The translations under genes and the position numbers were made by a program. The notes under the pieces are model-generated. The model worked only from the letters and a program-made list of their open reading frames with translations, was not told the origin of the DNA and did not search any database. Source: Eledone cirrhosa (Eukaryota). From it: 64,000 nt of DNA. Positions 59,813 to 64,000 of the stretch are shown here, piece by piece (the stretch's first letter is position 1; each line of letters starts with the position of its first letter). Where the stretch lies: assembly GCA_964016885.1 (NCBI GenBank), contig OZ024747.1, forward strand, positions 73,656,001 to 73,720,000. Reading direction: 5' to 3'.

Positions 59813-61189
59813 GTGGCTTGGCAGAATCGGTAGAGCGTCGGACAACATTTTTAGCGGCATAGAATTGTGGCCCTTTACGTTCTGAGTTCAAATCTCGCCG
59901 AGGTTAGCTTTGATTTCAACCTTATGGGGTCGACAAATAAAGCACCAGTAATGCACTGGGGTCAATTTAATCGACTTTACCCACCCCTTCACATTGCCTT
60001 AAGTAGAAACAATTATATTTGAGGAGTCACATACTTCGGATATGATGTAAACCAGTACAATGTGGCTCATAATCGAGTGGTCGGTGGGGAATATCAGCCA
60101 GACCCTGATCTGGTGAGGAGGGTAAATAGAACCCCAGCAGTACAGAAATCAAACAAACAAACAGAACAAGTTGTTAAAAGGGTAAACTCCTAAGCGTCAA
60201 TGACTATCCACCCTATCTATGGGTTAAATAACCTCACCAACCCTTAAATAGAAAAAGGTGGTGAGTACGGCAACACCCCTAACATGACCAACACTAAAAA
60301 GAAAGCAGTTGGGGTCAACCAGGAAGGGGCTCCTCCAACAGGTATGAGGAGGCTCTGGATTGAATGGACATATAACAAATAGATATAAGTGTATAGAAAA
60401 TATACATGACGAGAAAGTGATAATTGAACAAGCTGTCCAGGCAGTCAGTGAGAACAAATCAAAATCTCTCACATATTGCGATTTCTAATAGAACTATTTT
60501 CTCTTGTGCATTCTATTCTTTTCCTAATTTGTGTGCGTTGAGATGCAGTTTAATACGTTCCGTCAGAGTTATTTACAAATATCTACAATAGCATTTCTTG
60601 GTTGTCGATATTGTTTATGCATAATTGCAAAGCGCCACGTATTTTGTATTCCAGGTGGATTGGTAGCATCGGTAGAGGGTCGGACGCCATGCTTTGACGC
60701 ATTCATTTACGGCCCTTGTCATTCTGAGTCCAAATCCCGCCGAGGTTAACTTTGCTTTTCATCCTGACGGGGTCGATAAAATAAAGTACCAGTAATACAC
60801 TGAGATAATTGCTGGCCTTGTGCCAAAAGTAGAAACAATTATTAATAATGTACTGTCATGAATTATAAGTTGGATATTACAAAAATAGTACTGAGCGACG
60901 CTACTATCAAATGTTCCCTACTTAGCGAAGAACGTTTTAGTATTATTGTACGTGACCCAGGACGAGGGATTGTCAGTGCTCGTAGAAGACTGGACAATAT
61001 TCTATGTGGTATAGAGTTAGGGCCTTTTAAGTTCTGAGTTCCAATCCTGCTGAGATTAGCTTTGCCTTTAATCCTTACGGTGTTGATAAACTAAAATACC
61101 AGTAATACACTGGGGGAGGGGTATATTTAATCGACTTTCCCCTCCCCCCACCAAATTGTTGGCCTTGTGCCTAAATCAGAAACCATTAT
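59813..61189 (+). mobile_element. Three SINE family 2 copies (59813-60016, 60653-60842, 60962-61189)
   Basis: Each has a GGCAGAATCGGTAGAGCGTCGGAC-like head, a B box and an AGTACCAGTAAT body. Confidence 0.8.
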
Positions 61190-61619
61190 TGTCTGTGAGT
61201 CATCTTTACATCCATAATTCAACGACTTTAGAAAATGGATAGACTCTCGTATATCTGTTATATACGGTCATATCGTGTATCCTTTCATACACATCCCTCT
61301 TATGAAAAATAATTAGTTGTCTTTACTCTAATTTCCTTGTGTTTTTCTTCATAAATAAGTCATTTATTAATTCATACCAAAAAAAGACATATTGCTTGAG
61401 TGTGTTATTGAATATAATTATAATCGTCTTTAATATTTGTTTAGTACAATATTCAATATTTTCTATATGCTTGTTTTAAATACTCGTGGAGTCGTCTTCT
61501 TTTCTGTTGTGGGCAATATCACTTTCATGATACATTTATCGAGATGTACATTTTTTTTATATTCTGAATGTATTTCACACATACCCTTTCTCCATCTCTC
61601 TCCCTATATACATAAACAT

Positions 61620-61664
<45 letters not shown>

Positions 61665-61666
61665 CG

Positions 61667-61760
<94 letters not shown>

Positions 61761-62315
61761 TATATATATCACTATATATCGTTATAAGCTCGTGTTGACT
61801 CAATGTCTCTTGTTTTATTTGCCTACCAGCAATAAGAGAGGAGACAAGTCAGGAATAATGGAATCGGAATAGGATGTTTACTTTCCGCTCAGATCGTATG
61901 ACGTGATGTGATGAATCATAGAAGAATTGAAGCTTTTGACAGTAACGATGTCATTGGATGCTATATCAGAGATCTTTGATAGCAATAGCTACTATTACAC
62001 TGATATATAATATGCTTTCAGAATCTTCCTTCAATGTCCACTAACACGGGTAGCTAGTAGATTGGTAGGGTAATATTTATGATACTATAGTTTACTGAAA
62101 GTATTGTATATGTGATAAGCTAAATGAAAACTCTGCTGGCAGCTAAAGTCGAATATCTTTTTCTTCATTCACACGAGTTGTCTTATGTTCAGATTTCTAA
62201 TTGACATCACATCTATTGCAGTACAATTACTGTCTGCATGGATTCCGAATGATAAAATATAATGTCTGTACAATGTGTGTGTGTTTGTGTGTGCGTAATT
62301 CATAATTAATTTCGC

Positions 62316-62366
<51 letters not shown>

Positions 62367-62552
62367 AATATATCTACATGGAATACTAAATTACATTAAC
62401 GAATATGTAAATGAGAAAATATATTTAAGTTTAGAAACACTTCCATAATACTGATTAGAATTACTCAAGTATATGAACATATGAATATGCACACACACAC
62501 ACATATATATACATATATATATATACATATAAATACAACACTACGGAAAATA

Positions 62553-62741
<189 letters not shown>

Positions 62742-63037
62742 GTCGTATATGCATATATACATATCTGCTGATATACAGAATTTTATTAATTTGATATTAA
62801 GCCATTAAGCCTGTCATATACTTTAATGTTTGTCACGTTTATTGAAATATACTCATTTTCCTAAGCATAATAGTAAAAACACTATGCAATACTTTCTCAA
62901 TCGGGAGCTAACATCTTGAGAGTTAATTATCATTAAATTTTATTATAGGATAAAGATTTTTCAAAGAAATTGAATTCTCTATTCACTGGAAAAAGGTAGT
63001 GTTAGCGTGACCTATTACCAATTTTGGAAGAGAGAAA

Positions 63038-63497
63038 ATGCGATTAAATATACCGCAGTGTATTACTGGTATTTTATTTTTTCATCTCAGCAAGGATGAA
63101 AGGCGAAGCTAACCACGTCGGGATTTGAACTTAGAATGTAAAGAGCGTAACTCTATGCCATAAAGCATGTTGTCTGACGCTCTACCAATACTGCCATTCC
63201 ACTGTCCTATTAGATGATACTACAGCATGAGCGTCACTAATGCTGAAAAATAAGAGGTCATTATATAGGTCTGTATAGGCCGGTGGTTTGACAAAGTCGT
63301 TAGAGCGTCGGACGACATGTTTCCGGCATTTAGTTACTTCCCTTTACGTTCTGAGTTCAAATCTCTTCGAGATTAGGTCTGCCTTTCATCCTTACGGGCT
63401 TGATAAAATAAAGTACCAGTAATGCACTGGTGTAGATTTAATAGACACTCCCCTTCCCCAAATATTGTTAGCTTTGTGCCAAAATCCGAAACGATTA
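63038..63497. mobile_element. Head-to-head pair of SINE family 2 copies
   Basis: 63038-63201 on the minus strand and 63281-63497 on the plus strand. Confidence 0.75.
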
Positions 63498-64000
63498 TAT
63501 AAGTCTCTTTCTGATATATAACAGATGTCATTTTATGTTGGTATAATTACACTAGGATTCTGTTGAATAAGGTCTTGTGTATATACTGAGCTAGATGTGA
63601 ATTTGAAAGTGTGCATGTGAAAACTAATAACACAACTAAACATTATTTATATCTGCTTCAATCAGAAAAAAGATAAACCTGAATCGAACATCAACACAGA
63701 ATCACTAAGGCTACAAACCAATATTACTACGAACAAAATATTTCCCGCATCAATATCACAATATTTTGACTCTCATCAACTCAAAGTCGATAAAATGTAC
63801 CAGTCTAGTACTGGGTTCGATTCTTCCTCTAATATATCTTTCTAACATCCATTCTCTCACTTTCTATTTCCTTCTCTGGAAGAAATTTGCCGAATTCAGA
63901 CCTGGTGAGGATTGGGCTCCACCAGGTTTTTAAATACCCGTGAAACACCGTATATACGGAACCTCTACAACTCCCGTAAGTGTTTCGGGACCATGCATAC

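Noticed and set aside
60060-60370. GC-richer segment resembling a LINE 5' UTR or ribozyme (also 56340-56700)
   Set aside because: No complete pseudoknot or protein motif could be established by eye.

Overview
AT-rich eukaryotic (animal) non-coding DNA dense in (TA)n, (CA)n and trinucleotide microsatellites. The SINE, RTE and microsatellite landscape resembles a cephalopod (Octopus-like) genome; this is an inference. No host protein-coding exon is evident, and almost all listed ORFs are microsatellite artefacts. Recognisable elements are: a 5'-truncated, stop-riddled RTE LINE (7058-10382); an internally deleted RTE derivative; a Dong/R4 3' fragment in (TAA)n; a near-complete but frameshifted Penelope-like element (PLE) of Naiad type (30870-35700, minus strand) with hammerhead-bearing pLTRs; other PLE remnants; three non-autonomous Helitrons; a mariner MITE; and many tRNA-SINEs. 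The standout signal is the density of minimal type I hammerhead ribozyme (HHR) motifs, about 20 copies from roughly 10 unrelated families. Nearly all sit in short elements inserted in (TA)n tracts and arranged as fold-backs or partial tandems. The best example is a very young array of about 6.2 x 466-bp units with one HHR per unit plus a 5'-inverted copy (37284-40573). It looks like a retrozyme-type element, possibly copied from a circular RNA by a PLE reverse transcriptase.
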